A program made the position numbers and the translations under genes. The notes under the pieces are model-generated. The model saw only the letters and a program-made list of their open reading frames with translations, made no database searches and was not told the origin of the DNA. Of a stretch of DNA of 64,000 nucleotides, positions 48,544 through 58,571 are shown one piece after another. How positions within the stretch are numbered: the first letter of the stretch is position 1; every line of letters begins with the position of its first letter. Source of the stretch: an uncultured Gemmatimonadales bacterium (GTDB lineage: Bacteria > Gemmatimonadota > Gemmatimonadetes > Gemmatimonadales > Gemmatimonadaceae); contig OY969695.1 in the NCBI GenBank assembly GCA_963701965.1, positions 1,856,001 through 1,920,000 on the forward strand, written 5' to 3'.

Positions 48544-49641
48544 ATGCAAAAGGCTCGCGTGGCCCTCGCCTTGGGCGGTGGCGGGATGAAAGGGTTTGCG
48601 CACATCGGCGTGATCCGGGCGCTCGAAGAGCTTGGGATCGAGCCGGTCGTGTACGCCGGCACCAGCATCGGCGCGCTGATCGCCGCGGCCCGCGGCTGTG
48701 GCGCCTCCGTCCGCCGCATGACCGAGCACGCCGAGCGACTCAAGCGCCGCGATTTGTTCCGGCTCAATCACGTCGCCATGCTGCTGGAGCGCATGCGCGC
48801 GCCCTCGATCTACGCCGGCGAGCCGTTGCGGGCCTTGATCGAGGAAAACGTGCCCGAAGGGCGGTTCGACGCGCTGCCCGTGCAGGTCCTCGTGAGCACG
48901 GTCGACGTCGAGCGGGGCACCCAGATCGCCTGGGGCTTGCCTGGCTTGCGCGATGTGTCCGTGCGCGATGCGGTCTACGCTTCGTGCGCCCTGCCCGGCT
49001 TCTTCCCGCCGGGACAGGTGAACGGGCGGCTATGCATCGACGGTGGCACGATCGACAATCTCCCCGTGGCCGTGGCCGCCCCCTATGCCGACGTCGTCAT
49101 CGCCGTCGACGTCGGATCGTCGGAGCTGTCGAACAACGAGTCGATCGTCGCGCGCGGTTTCGCCAACACCTACATGCGCGCGGCCACCGTCATGATGCAC
49201 GCCCTGCAGAACTACCAGCTGACGCAGTGGGACGGCCCGCCAATGGTCCTGGTGCGCCCGCGCCTCGGGCACGTGGGGTGGCTGCGCTTCGGCGACACGC
49301 CGGCGCTGATCGATGAGGGATATCGCGCCGCGCGTGAAGCCCTGCGCAACTTCGGCGAGATCGCGGCGGCGGCCGGCGGCGTGTTTCCCCGCAAGCGGGT
49401 ACGGATCGAAGTCGATCGCGCCCTCTGCGTGGGATGCGGGACCTGCGTGGCGATGGCGCCGGACACCATGAAGCTCGACGCCGAGCACAAAGCCGTGACC
49501 CAGACCGCGACCGTCACGTGGTCGCCCGCGGACGGCGAATTCATCCACCATTGTCCGACCGGCGCCTTGTCGGTGGCGCCGGCCCGCCGTTCCGGTCAGC
49601 CCGTACTGCGCGCCAGCGCGTCGACGGCCAAGCGCTCGTAG
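48544..49641 (+). CDS. Patatin-like phospholipase fused to a C-terminal single-cluster ferredoxin
   Basis: GGGGMKG, GTSIG, DGG, followed by IEVDRALCVGCGTCVAMAP...CPTGAL. Confidence 0.88.
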   Translation: MQKARVALALGGGGMKGFAHIGVIRALEELGIEPVVYAGTSIGALIAAARGCGASVRRMTEHAERLKRRDLFRLNHVAMLLERMRAPSIYAGEPLRALIEENVPEGRFDALPVQVLVSTVDVERGTQIAWGLPGLRDVSVRDAVYASCALPGFFPPGQVNGRLCIDGGTIDNLPVAVAAPYADVVIAVDVGSSELSNNESIVARGFANTYMRAATVMMHALQNYQLTQWDGPPMVLVRPRLGHVGWLRFGDTPALIDEGYRAAREALRNFGEIAAAAGGVFPRKRVRIEVDRALCVGCGTCVAMAPDTMKLDAEHKAVTQTATVTWSPADGEFIHHCPTGALSVAPARRSGQPVLRASASTAKRS

Positions 49642-50618
49642 ATCCCGACCGACCGGCGGAGCTCGTCCAGCTCGATGAACTCGTCGTCCGTGTGCGCGAC
49701 GTGGATCGAGCCCGGGCCGAAGAGATAGGGTGTGCCCCAGTTGGTGAGCTTGGGAATGTCCGTCGCGTAGGCGACGACGGATGTCGGCAGATCCGGGAGC
49801 CGCCCCAGTCGGACCGGCGGCACCAACGCCTCCACCTCGAGTGTGGCCGACGGCACGCGTTCGGCGATCCAGTGCCGGAGGAGATCGGCGACCTCATCGG
49901 CCGGCGTCACCAGGCGCGCCATGAGCCGCGCTTCGGCCCACGGCGCGATGACGTTGTCGGCCACGCCGCCCGCCAGCGATCCAATGTTGATGGTCGTCTC
50001 GCCGAGCAGCGGGTCGCGCGGGAGCGGCAAGGTATCGAGCTCGGCGAGCAGGTGCACGAGATCCCGGGTCGCCGAGTGTCCGAGCGACGGGTACGCCGAG
50101 TGCGCCGCTTTGCCGGTGGTGCGCAGCACGAGGCGCATCGCGCCTTTTGTTCCTCGGGCCAGCGTGCTTTCGGTCGGCTCGCCGTTGATCAGCACACGGC
50201 TCGCCGTGGGCACCAGGTTCGCGGCGGTGGCGCCATCATGGATCGTCTCTTCACCCACGACGAACAGCAACGCCACGGGCACATCGCGCGCGCGCAGACG
50301 CTCCGCCGCACAGGCCATGGCGGCCGCTATGCCCTTGGCATCACACGCGCCTCGACCGTAGAGTCGTCCGCCCGCGAAGCGGGGCGGAATAAATGGCGGC
50401 ACAGTGTCGAGATGCGTGCTCAGGGTGACCGTCGGCGCATCGGTCGCGGTGATCCAGAGGTCGTCGCGGCCCGCCGACACCGGAATGCGACGCACGCGCC
50501 AGTCGCGCGCCGTCATCAGATCCTCGACAAAGGCGAGGACCTCGCCTTCGTTGCCGCTGGTCGACTCCAGGCGGACGAGTTCCGCGGCCAATGTCGCCGG
50601 ATCGAGTGGATTGGGCAT
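49596..50618 (-). CDS. M20 family metallohydrolase (ArgE/DapE-like)
   Basis: STHLDTVP, GRGACDAKG, VGEE, GEPT, FGPGSIHVAHTDDE. Confidence 0.9.
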   Translation of the reverse strand: MPNPLDPATLAAELVRLESTSGNEGEVLAFVEDLMTARDWRVRRIPVSAGRDDLWITATDAPTVTLSTHLDTVPPFIPPRFAGGRLYGRGACDAKGIAAAMACAAERLRARDVPVALLFVVGEETIHDGATAANLVPTASRVLINGEPTESTLARGTKGAMRLVLRTTGKAAHSAYPSLGHSATRDLVHLLAELDTLPLPRDPLLGETTINIGSLAGGVADNVIAPWAEARLMARLVTPADEVADLLRHWIAERVPSATLEVEALVPPVRLGRLPDLPTSVVAYATDIPKLTNWGTPYLFGPGSIHVAHTDDEFIELDELRRSVGIYERLAVDALARSTG

Positions 50619-50715
50619 GGCGAGAAATGGCGCTCGATCGAGATTTCAGACAGCCTGTGCGGGAAGCACGGCCCCCGCGCAGTGGCTCCGTTCTCGACGC
50701 TTTGCGGAATCCCCC

Positions 50716-53439
50716 ATGCCACATCCCAATTCTTTTGCCAGCCGCTCGACGCTGAGCGTCGGCGGACGCACGTACACGATCTACCGTCTCGACCGTCTCG
50801 ACGGCACCGGCGCCAGTCGTCTCCCGTTCAGCCTTCGGATCCTGTTGGAGAACTTGCTGCGCAACGAGGACGGCGCGTTCGTCAAGCGCGATGACATCGC
50901 CGCCCTCGCGGCGTGGGATGTCAAGGCGCGGCAGGAGCGCGAGATCGCCTTTCGGCCCAGCCGGGTCCTCTTGCAGGACTTCACGGGCGTCCCGGCCGTC
51001 GTCGACCTGGCGGCAATGCGCGATGCGATCGTGGCGCTGGGTGGCGCGGCGACGCGCATCAATCCGCTGCAGCCCGTCGACCTCGTGATCGACCATTCGG
51101 TGCAGGTCAATGAATACGGCTCGGAGGCCGCGTTCCTGATCAACGCCGGTCTGGAATACGAGCGGAACCGCGAACGGTACGCGTTTCTGCGATGGGGACA
51201 GACGGGGTTCGAGAACTTTCGCGTCGTGCCGCCGGAAACCGGCATCTGCCATCAGGTCAACCTGGAGTATCTGTCGCAGGTGGCGTTTACCCGCGGCGAC
51301 GAGGTGTATCCCGACTCGCTCGTCGGAACGGACTCCCACACCACGATGGTCAACGGATTGGGCGTACTCGGCTGGGGCGTGGGCGGCATCGAGGCCGAGG
51401 CGGCCATGCTGGGACAGCCGCTGTCGATGCTCGTCCCCGAGGTCGTGGGCTTCGAGATGCATGGACAGCTGCCGCCGGGCGCCACGGCCACGGATCTGGT
51501 GCTGACCGTCACCCAGCTGCTCCGCCAGAAGAAAGTCGTCGGGAAGTTCGTCGAGTTCTACGGCGCCGGCCTCTCCTCGCTGTCGCTGGCCGACCGCGCG
51601 ACGATCGCCAACATGGCCCCGGAGTACGGCGCCACCATGGGATTCTTCCCCGTGGACAACGAGACGCTCGCCTATCTGCGCCTGTCCGGGCGCGACGAGC
51701 ACCACGTGAAACTGGTCGAGGCGTACTGCAAGGAGCAGGGTCTCTTCCGGACCGACCAGACGCCCGCACCCGTCTTCACCGACAGCCTGACGCTGGATCT
51801 GCGCACGGTGGAGCCGAGCCTGGCCGGTCCGAAGCGCCCGCAGGACCGCGTCCCGCTGTCCAAGTCGAAGGCCATGTTTCGCGAGGCCCTCGCCGCCGAT
51901 CACTCGTCGCGCGCGAAGACCGTCGCCGCCAGCACGACCAAGGCCGTGCTGCGCGAGGATGACGAGGGCGGCGCCCAACCCCAGCATCAAGCGCCGGGCT
52001 ACGCGTGTGCGTACAACGGGAGCGAATTCGCGCTGCGCGACGGCTCGGTCGTCATCGCGGCGATCACGAGCTGCACCAACACGTCGAATCCGTCGGTCAT
52101 GCTCGCCGCCGGCATGCTCGCCCAAAACGCCGTCGCGGCGGGATTGAGCAGCAAGCCATGGGTCAAGACCAGCTTGGCGCCGGGATCCAAAGTCGTCACC
52201 GACTACTTCGCGAAAGCGGGCGTGATGGAGTCGCTGCGAAAGCTGGGGTTCAACCTTGTGGGCTACGGCTGCACCACGTGCATTGGCAATTCGGGGCCGC
52301 TCCCCCAGCCGATCGCCGACGTCGTGGACGAGCACAACCTCGTCGTCGCCGCCGTGCTGTCGGGCAACCGCAACTTCGAGGGGCGCGTCAATCCGCTGAC
52401 GCGATTCAACTACCTGGCTTCACCGCCGTTGGTGGTGGCCTACGCGTTGGCGGGCCGCATGGACATCGACTTCGCCAACGAGCCCCTCGGCGTGGGCGCG
52501 GGCGGCCCGGTGTTCCTGCGCGACATCTGGCCGGCGCCAAAGGATGTGGAGGCCGAGATCCTGCGGTCGGTCAAGGCGGAGATGTTTCGCGCCCAGTACG
52601 CCGACGTCTTCACCGGCGACGACCGCTGGCAGGCGTTGGACGTGCCGACCGGCGAGCGTTATGCGTGGGACGCCGCATCCACGTACGTCAAGCACCCGCC
52701 GTACTTCGAGGGTATGACGACGACTCCGCCGGGTATCACCCCGATCACGGGCGCGCGCGTGCTGGCCTTGCTCGGCGACTCGATCACGACGGATCACATC
52801 TCGCCCGCCGGCAATATTCAGGCGGCCAGTCCGGCCGGCCGGTGGCTGCTGGAGCACGGCGTGCCCAAGGCCGATTTCAATTCCTACGGCGCGCGGCGCG
52901 GCAATCACGAGGTGATGGTGCGCGGCACGTTCGCCAATATCCGGCTCAAAAACGAGTTGGTGGCCGGCGTGGAGGGCGGCTGGACGCGCATGGCGCCCGG
53001 CGCGGAGCAGATCGCCATCTACGATGCGGCGGTCGCGTTTCAGGCCAAGAAGACGCCGCTCGTGATCATCGCCGGGAAAGAGTACGGTACGGGCTCATCA
53101 CGCGACTGGGCCGCGAAGGGCACGCTACTCCTCGGCGTGCGGGCCGTCATCGCCGAGTCGTTCGAGCGGATCCACCGGTCGAATCTCGTCGGCATGGGTG
53201 TGTTGCCGCTGGAATTCGCCGATGGCGCTTCGCGCCAATCGCTGGGACTCACCGGGTTCGAGACCTATGCCATCCAAGGCTTGGACGAGAGCTTGAGACC
53301 AAAGGCCCGGCTCACGGTGACGGCGGGAGACAAGAAGTTCGCCGTCACCGTGCGCATCGACACCCCAGAGGAACTCCAGTACTACCGCCACGGCGGAATC
53401 CTGCCGTACGTACTCCGTCAGCTCGTACGCTCTAGCTAG
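50716..53439 (+). CDS. acnA: Aconitate hydratase A
   Basis: QDFTGVP, DHSVQV, DSHTT, AITSCTNTSNP, GCTTCIGNSG, TTDHISPAG, GSSRDWAAKG. Confidence 0.98.
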   Translation: MPHPNSFASRSTLSVGGRTYTIYRLDRLDGTGASRLPFSLRILLENLLRNEDGAFVKRDDIAALAAWDVKARQEREIAFRPSRVLLQDFTGVPAVVDLAAMRDAIVALGGAATRINPLQPVDLVIDHSVQVNEYGSEAAFLINAGLEYERNRERYAFLRWGQTGFENFRVVPPETGICHQVNLEYLSQVAFTRGDEVYPDSLVGTDSHTTMVNGLGVLGWGVGGIEAEAAMLGQPLSMLVPEVVGFEMHGQLPPGATATDLVLTVTQLLRQKKVVGKFVEFYGAGLSSLSLADRATIANMAPEYGATMGFFPVDNETLAYLRLSGRDEHHVKLVEAYCKEQGLFRTDQTPAPVFTDSLTLDLRTVEPSLAGPKRPQDRVPLSKSKAMFREALAADHSSRAKTVAASTTKAVLREDDEGGAQPQHQAPGYACAYNGSEFALRDGSVVIAAITSCTNTSNPSVMLAAGMLAQNAVAAGLSSKPWVKTSLAPGSKVVTDYFAKAGVMESLRKLGFNLVGYGCTTCIGNSGPLPQPIADVVDEHNLVVAAVLSGNRNFEGRVNPLTRFNYLASPPLVVAYALAGRMDIDFANEPLGVGAGGPVFLRDIWPAPKDVEAEILRSVKAEMFRAQYADVFTGDDRWQALDVPTGERYAWDAASTYVKHPPYFEGMTTTPPGITPITGARVLALLGDSITTDHISPAGNIQAASPAGRWLLEHGVPKADFNSYGARRGNHEVMVRGTFANIRLKNELVAGVEGGWTRMAPGAEQIAIYDAAVAFQAKKTPLVIIAGKEYGTGSSRDWAAKGTLLLGVRAVIAESFERIHRSNLVGMGVLPLEFADGASRQSLGLTGFETYAIQGLDESLRPKARLTVTAGDKKFAVTVRIDTPEELQYYRHGGILPYVLRQLVRSS

Positions 53440-54914
53440 TTCGCAATAGCTAACACCGCGCTCCCGGCCGGGAGAGGGATGTTCGCCGTGCCCTTGGTAA
53501 TGGGCACGGCGGCCTGCGGGGTCATGTCGTTCGCGGCGTCCGACCGGTACGGATAGACGCCCGTGCCGGGCAGGCCGGTGACGCCGAGCACTTTGTTGCT
53601 CTTCGTCGTGTTGGTCATGAGGATGGCAACGGTCTTGGCGTCGGGACTGACGAACGCCAACAGGTCCACGCGCGCCGCGCAGGGATCCTGCGCGCCAACT
53701 CCGACCTGCAGGTCGGGATCCGTGGTAGTCATAGGAACCACTTTCCAGCCGGGTCGTACCGTCGTCCACAGTTGCTTGAGCGCGTAGAAGCGCTTGGAGT
53801 AGATGGGGGTTTGGTCGCCGCCCAGCAGGCTGCCCCCATCCGGTGACGTACTGGATTGCGCGAAGCCGTTCCACCACGCCCAGTAGTTGAACGGCAGCGT
53901 GGCCAGGTGCGCGGCCAGCGCGCGGTAGGTGTCGATCATCCAATCCGTCTCGGTCGTCCCGTTGGGCGCCGAGAACTCCGTCATCCACGCGTCCTTGGGA
54001 AAGGCCTGCATGCCGGCGGCGTTCTGCGTGATGACGCATTCGCCGTAGGCGTGCAGTGCGTACGCGCCGACGGCGCTGTTGAGCGCGGTCGAGGCGCCGA
54101 GGGCCGGGTAGCCACTGCCGCCGAAATAGCCGACGGCGCGCGTCGTGGGATCTTCCCAGATCGGGCCATTGAACGTGCCCGTTTCCGGTCCAAAGAGCTT
54201 GACGGCCGAGAGACCGTTGGCGTCGAACGCGGCCCGCGTGGCTTGGATCACGCGCTGCCATTGGGCCGTGGAGTAGATCGCCGTGCTGTACACGTCGAGG
54301 TGCTCCGGCTCGTTCTGAATGCTGATGGCCACCGGCAGCGGCGCGCCGTTCGCTTTGAGCGCCTGCAGAATCTTCGTGAGATAGGCGATGTACGCCGTCT
54401 CATCGGTTGCGATGAGACCACCGCCGACCAGCGATCCGTTGGTCTTCCACACGGCCGGTGGGCTCCAGACGCCGCCAATGTACGTCGAGAGACCGTAGGA
54501 CTGGGCTTGCTGAATGGACTGCACCAGCACGTTGAGCGCGCCGGGATCGAGCGTCATGTTGGCGAGCGTGGTGCCGCTGGCGTAGAGCTCCGGGCGGAAC
54601 TGCACGCGGAAGAACGTGATCCCGCTGCCGTAGAGTGCGGCCGCGACCTGGCTGCGGCCGTAGAGACCACCGTTGCCGGCGGGGTACATGCCCCAGCCTT
54701 TGATGGTCTGCGCGGGCGTACCGAGGGCGGCGCTCGCCGTTGGCGGCGCGCCCGGGGGAGTCGGATTCGAGGGCGCGCTCGGCGAGGATTGTGGCGGGGC
54801 CGCTTTCGCCGGCGCCGTTGTGAGATCCTGGCCACTGGTACACGCGTTCAGTACGGTGAGTACGATCACGAGCGCGCGCGCCACGGGCGCGCGCCGCAGC
54901 ACGCGGATACGCAT
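53436..54914 (-). CDS. GH30-like glycoside hydrolase lipoprotein
   Basis: Lipobox VLNAC, QTIKGWG, WSPPAVWKTN, SIQNEP (acid/base), WMTE (nucleophile). GGAGG before ATG 54914. Confidence 0.8.
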   Translation of the reverse strand: MRIRVLRRAPVARALVIVLTVLNACTSGQDLTTAPAKAAPPQSSPSAPSNPTPPGAPPTASAALGTPAQTIKGWGMYPAGNGGLYGRSQVAAALYGSGITFFRVQFRPELYASGTTLANMTLDPGALNVLVQSIQQAQSYGLSTYIGGVWSPPAVWKTNGSLVGGGLIATDETAYIAYLTKILQALKANGAPLPVAISIQNEPEHLDVYSTAIYSTAQWQRVIQATRAAFDANGLSAVKLFGPETGTFNGPIWEDPTTRAVGYFGGSGYPALGASTALNSAVGAYALHAYGECVITQNAAGMQAFPKDAWMTEFSAPNGTTETDWMIDTYRALAAHLATLPFNYWAWWNGFAQSSTSPDGGSLLGGDQTPIYSKRFYALKQLWTTVRPGWKVVPMTTTDPDLQVGVGAQDPCAARVDLLAFVSPDAKTVAILMTNTTKSNKVLGVTGLPGTGVYPYRSDAANDMTPQAAVPITKGTANIPLPAGSAVLAIAN

Positions 54915-54931
54915 GCGGAGCCTCCACCTGA

Positions 54932-55041
54932 CCGTTCGGCGGCCGGACTGGCATGGCGCGCCGAACGAGCCGGCCCGCTTTAGCCTCCAGAGCTTTGCGT
55001 CACTGGCTTTCGCCAGTTTTGCCATTATCCCGGCCCGACGG
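54932..55041 (-). promoter_or_regulatory. Cyclic di-GMP-I (GEMM-I) riboswitch
   Basis: Minus strand GGCAAA-ACUGGC-GAAA-GCCAGU-GACGCAAAGC...GGCUAA...AUGCC...CCGCCGAACGG matches the GEMM-I consensus, directly upstream of the SD. Confidence 0.88.
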
Positions 55042-55192
55042 AACTGCCGAGCCCGCTATCAAGTTAGGGAATCCGGCTGAGGGGTCGAGGCGTCGGTCGC
55101 GGTGTCCGGCAAAACCGAGTTAGGGCGTTATTCCAGCGTCTGCCAGGGGAACGGCGGCTGTCACGCTCCCGCGCCGACTGCTTTATTGCCGG

Positions 55193-56764
55193 TTAGGGCG
55201 ACGGGGTCGCCGCCGGCAGCGATGTGGCGTCAGGCGACGATGCGGTATCACTTGCGGCGGTGAAGACGGCGGTCACCGTGTCTTTGGTCACCACCTCGAC
55301 GTTGAGCTGCGCCGGCTCGAACGCATCGCCCGCGCTTTCCAGGGACACGTAGTGATTCCCGGACTCGATCCTGATGACGAGCGGCGTGAATCCCAGCGTA
55401 TGCCCGTCGATGCGGACCTTCGCGGCGCCGCCCTTGGCGATGACGCGAATGTACCCCGGGCCGCCGTCGCCCTGCGCATTCTCCCGACCGCCGAGGCTGG
55501 GGTCGAGCGCGACGGGGCGCCGGTGGGCAGGCTCGCTGCCGCCGCCGTGCGCGCTGAGATCGAACGTCGTATCGACGGACATCACCGAGTCCGGGGGAGC
55601 CGGCGAGCTGGCCGGGATGACCGGGACCGGCCTGCGGACCGGGATGGTGAGGCGGGGCGCGGCGCCAATGCCGGCGCGCGCCGACGGGCCGCTCAGGCTC
55701 AGGATGGCGACGGTCGCTATCGCGGCCCCGATCGCCGCCGCGGCGATAGCCGCGCCGATCCACCGGCGCCGGGACGGCGCGGGCGCTTCGGGCACGATCC
55801 GGAGGGACGTCTGCGTCAGGCCGACCGGCCGTCGACCCGACAAGGCATCGACGAACGCCGAGACCGAGGGGAACCGGTCATCGGCGCGCTTGGCCATGGC
55901 CCGGTGGATGGCCCCATCGACATAGGGCTCGAGCCCTCCGCGCAGCGCCGAGGCGTTCGGCACATTGGCCGACAGATGCAGTTTGAGCAGATCCTGCACG
56001 CGCACCGTCTCGAACGGCCGGTGCCCGGTGAGCATCTCGAACGCCATGACGCCTAGCGCGTATTGATCGGCGCGGGGATCGATGTCCTCGCCCCGCCACT
56101 GCTCGGGTGACATGTAACCAGGGGACCCGATGATGCCGGTGCCCGATCCGACCAGACCGTCGCCCTGTCCCAGGGCTTTGGCGATACCGAAGTCGGACAC
56201 CATGGCGTGCCCGCTGTCTCCGATCAGGACGTTGGCGGGCTTGATGTCCCGGTGGATCACGCCCTGGCTGTGGGCGTAGTCGAGGGCGCGGCCGACGTCG
56301 CGGAGGATGTCGAGGGCGTGCTCGATGCCGAGCACGTTGTGCCCATCCAGCATGTCTTCGAGGGTCCCGCCGCGGACGAGTCGCATCGTATAGAACGCGA
56401 CGGTGTTCCGCTGGCCGACGGCGAAGATGGGAACGATGTGCGGGTGGTCGAGTCGCGCGGCCAGCTTGGCCTCGCGCTCGAACCGGCCCCACGCCTCGGG
56501 CGACAGCACGGGATCGAGCGCCAGCACCTTGAGCGCGACTTCGCGGTCGAGCGCGGTCTCGTGGGCCCGGAAGACGATCCCCATCCCACCGCGACCGAGG
56601 AGCTCGAGGAGCCGGTACGACTCGCCGACCGACTCCTGCAGGCGGAGCCGGATGCGGTCGGCATGCTCGGCGGACGTCTCGCCGGTGATCATCGCACCGC
56701 AGCGGGCGCACGACGTGCTCGACGGGATGAGCGTCGCGCCACAGCGCGCACACAAGCCGGCCAT
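55193..56764 (-). CDS. Hanks-type Ser/Thr protein kinase with an N-terminal Zn ribbon, TM and a PEGA-like C-terminus
   Basis: CARC..CARC, LGRGGMG, VALK, HRDIKPAN, DFG, YMSPE, VRIDG..LGFTPL. Start uncertain. Confidence 0.93.
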   Translation of the reverse strand: MAGLCARCGATLIPSSTSCARCGAMITGETSAEHADRIRLRLQESVGESYRLLELLGRGGMGIVFRAHETALDREVALKVLALDPVLSPEAWGRFEREAKLAARLDHPHIVPIFAVGQRNTVAFYTMRLVRGGTLEDMLDGHNVLGIEHALDILRDVGRALDYAHSQGVIHRDIKPANVLIGDSGHAMVSDFGIAKALGQGDGLVGSGTGIIGSPGYMSPEQWRGEDIDPRADQYALGVMAFEMLTGHRPFETVRVQDLLKLHLSANVPNASALRGGLEPYVDGAIHRAMAKRADDRFPSVSAFVDALSGRRPVGLTQTSLRIVPEAPAPSRRRWIGAAIAAAAIGAAIATVAILSLSGPSARAGIGAAPRLTIPVRRPVPVIPASSPAPPDSVMSVDTTFDLSAHGGGSEPAHRRPVALDPSLGGRENAQGDGGPGYIRVIAKGGAAKVRIDGHTLGFTPLVIRIESGNHYVSLESAGDAFEPAQLNVEVVTKDTVTAVFTAASDTASSPDATSLPAATPSP

Positions 56765-56989
56765 GCCGGCTGGTGTGGTCACCGCAGCAAACGAGGGCTG
56801 GCGGCGCGGGTTGCTCTGACTGCCGGTCACGGGCTCCGTCCGAGGGAGGTTCGAACCCCTTCTCAATCAGACGGTATGGCCGGGCTCGGCGTCACTGTCC
56901 TATCGGCCGTTTTCGGTCACGCTGACCGAACCAGTGCGTTGCGCTGACACGCGCAGGCCCACAGACTGGCCCAATGTCAAAATCCCGTC

Positions 56990-58561
56990 GTGCGCGCCAC
57001 GCCCCGTGAGGTCCTGGGCCGCCTCTTCGAGGCGGCCGTCGCCGGGGCGATACCGGAACGCGCCACCCGGGACGCGGTCGCGGCGCTCGCCCTGCCCGCC
57101 GGGGCGGTGCACATCATTGGATTGGGCAAGGCCGCGCAGGGCATGGCCGCCGGAGCCGTCGCCGCCCTCGCCGCGGTCGGGCGCGAGCCCGCCGGGGGCG
57201 TGATCGTCACCCCCGCCGCCGACCCGCCATCCCCCCACCGCGCCATCAGGCTCGTGGTCGGAGACCACCCCGTCCCGGGCGCTGGCTCACTGGCCGCCGC
57301 GGACGCGATCGCTGACGCGATCGCCCGCGTCGGGCCACAAGACACGGTGGTGGCGCTCATCTCCGGCGGTGGCTCCAGCCTCGCGGCTGCGCCGCTCGCT
57401 GGTATACCCAACTTCGGTGTCCGCAGCCCCGGCACACTCAATCGCGGGACATCCGACATCGGGACATCCGACATCGGGACATCCGACATCGGGACATCCG
57501 ACATTGGGACATCCGACATCGGGACATCCGACATCGGGACATCCGACATCGGGACATCCAGCCTCGGCACACCCAACATTGAGACACCCAACCGCGGGAC
57601 ACCCAGCCGCGGCACATCCAACTTCGCCCCCGCCGAGTTCTCGGGTATACCCAACTTCGGCCCCGCCGAGCTCTCGGCCCTGTACGTGACGTTGCTGGGA
57701 TCGGGGGCCGACATTGCGACGATGAACGCGGTACGCAAACGCTTCACGCGATGGAGCGCAGGTCGCGTAGCGACCGCGCTCCGAGGCCGACCGATCCATT
57801 GCTTGGTCGTCTCCGACGTGCTCGGAGACGATCTCCCGTCGATCAGTTCGGGCCCATGTGTCCCCGATCCCCTGACGGCTCGCGACGTGATCGCGATGCT
57901 GCGGCGCGGCAACCTCTGGGACGAATTAGGCGACTGCGTTCGCGCGCATCTGGCAGCCGTCGCGCGCGGCGAGGCACCGGAGACGCCGAAGCCGGGCGAC
58001 CCGGCATTCGACCGGGTGACCACGCAGGTGATCGTCAGTAACCGGCACGCCGTCGAAGCGGCCGCGGCCTGTGCGCGCGCCGCCGGCGTCGACGAGGTGA
58101 CGATCATGCCAACGCCCCTCGAAGGCGAGGCGTCGATCGCGGGCGTGCGCCTGGCCAGCGAATTGATCGCGCGCCGCCGCCGCGCCCGAGGACCCCACGT
58201 GTCGCGCTGCATCCTGTGGGGTGGCGAGACCACGGTGACCCTCGGCGCGGCCCCGGGAATGGGTGGCAGAAATCAGGAGCTGGCGCTGGCCGCCGCCCGC
58301 TCACTCGCCGATGCCGGCGAGGCGGCGAGCGGCATCACACTCCTGGCGGCCGGCACGGACGGACGCGACGGCCCGACGGACGCCGCGGGCGCCATCGTCG
58401 ACGGCCTCACCTGGGGCGCGGCACGCGACGCGGGACGTGACCCGGATGCGGATCTGGCCGGTCACGATGCGTACCGCAGCCTCGACGCGGCGGGCGCGCT
58501 CCTGCGCTCGGGCTACACGGGGACGAACGTCATGGACGTCGTCTTCGGCCTGATCCCTTAA
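56990..58561 (+). CDS. Glycerate 2-kinase (MOFRL/DUF4147 family) with a repeat insertion
   Basis: GLGKAA, GDHPVP, LISGGGSSL, SDVLGDD, GGETTV, GGRNQE, GTDGRDG, TGTNVMD. Confidence 0.93.
   Translation: MRATPREVLGRLFEAAVAGAIPERATRDAVAALALPAGAVHIIGLGKAAQGMAAGAVAALAAVGREPAGGVIVTPAADPPSPHRAIRLVVGDHPVPGAGSLAAADAIADAIARVGPQDTVVALISGGGSSLAAAPLAGIPNFGVRSPGTLNRGTSDIGTSDIGTSDIGTSDIGTSDIGTSDIGTSDIGTSSLGTPNIETPNRGTPSRGTSNFAPAEFSGIPNFGPAELSALYVTLLGSGADIATMNAVRKRFTRWSAGRVATALRGRPIHCLVVSDVLGDDLPSISSGPCVPDPLTARDVIAMLRRGNLWDELGDCVRAHLAAVARGEAPETPKPGDPAFDRVTTQVIVSNRHAVEAAAACARAAGVDEVTIMPTPLEGEASIAGVRLASELIARRRRARGPHVSRCILWGGETTVTLGAAPGMGGRNQELALAAARSLADAGEAASGITLLAAGTDGRDGPTDAAGAIVDGLTWGAARDAGRDPDADLAGHDAYRSLDAAGALLRSGYTGTNVMDVVFGLIP
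57401..57660 (+). repeat. In-frame 15-bp VNTR (GGGACATCCGACATC x7 plus degenerate units) bounded by 17-bp direct repeats
   Basis: Core units at 57446-57550. GGTATACCCAACTTCGG at 57401-57417 and 57644-57660. Confidence 0.95.
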
Positions 58562-58571
58562 TCTTCCGGGC

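Noticed and set aside
54915..55025. N-terminal extension MAKLAKASDAKLW... of the GH30-like protein
   Set aside because: It is a translation of the riboswitch. The SD, ATG 54914 and the lipoprotein signal define the start.
55063..55198. GTTAGGG three times (55063, 55119, 55192)
   Set aside because: Only 7 bp and irregularly spaced, and one copy is the kinase stop codon. Too weak without genome-wide counts.
57446..57625. CRISPR-like array
   Set aside because: Contiguous 15-bp units with no spacers, in frame within a gene, and no cas genes nearby.
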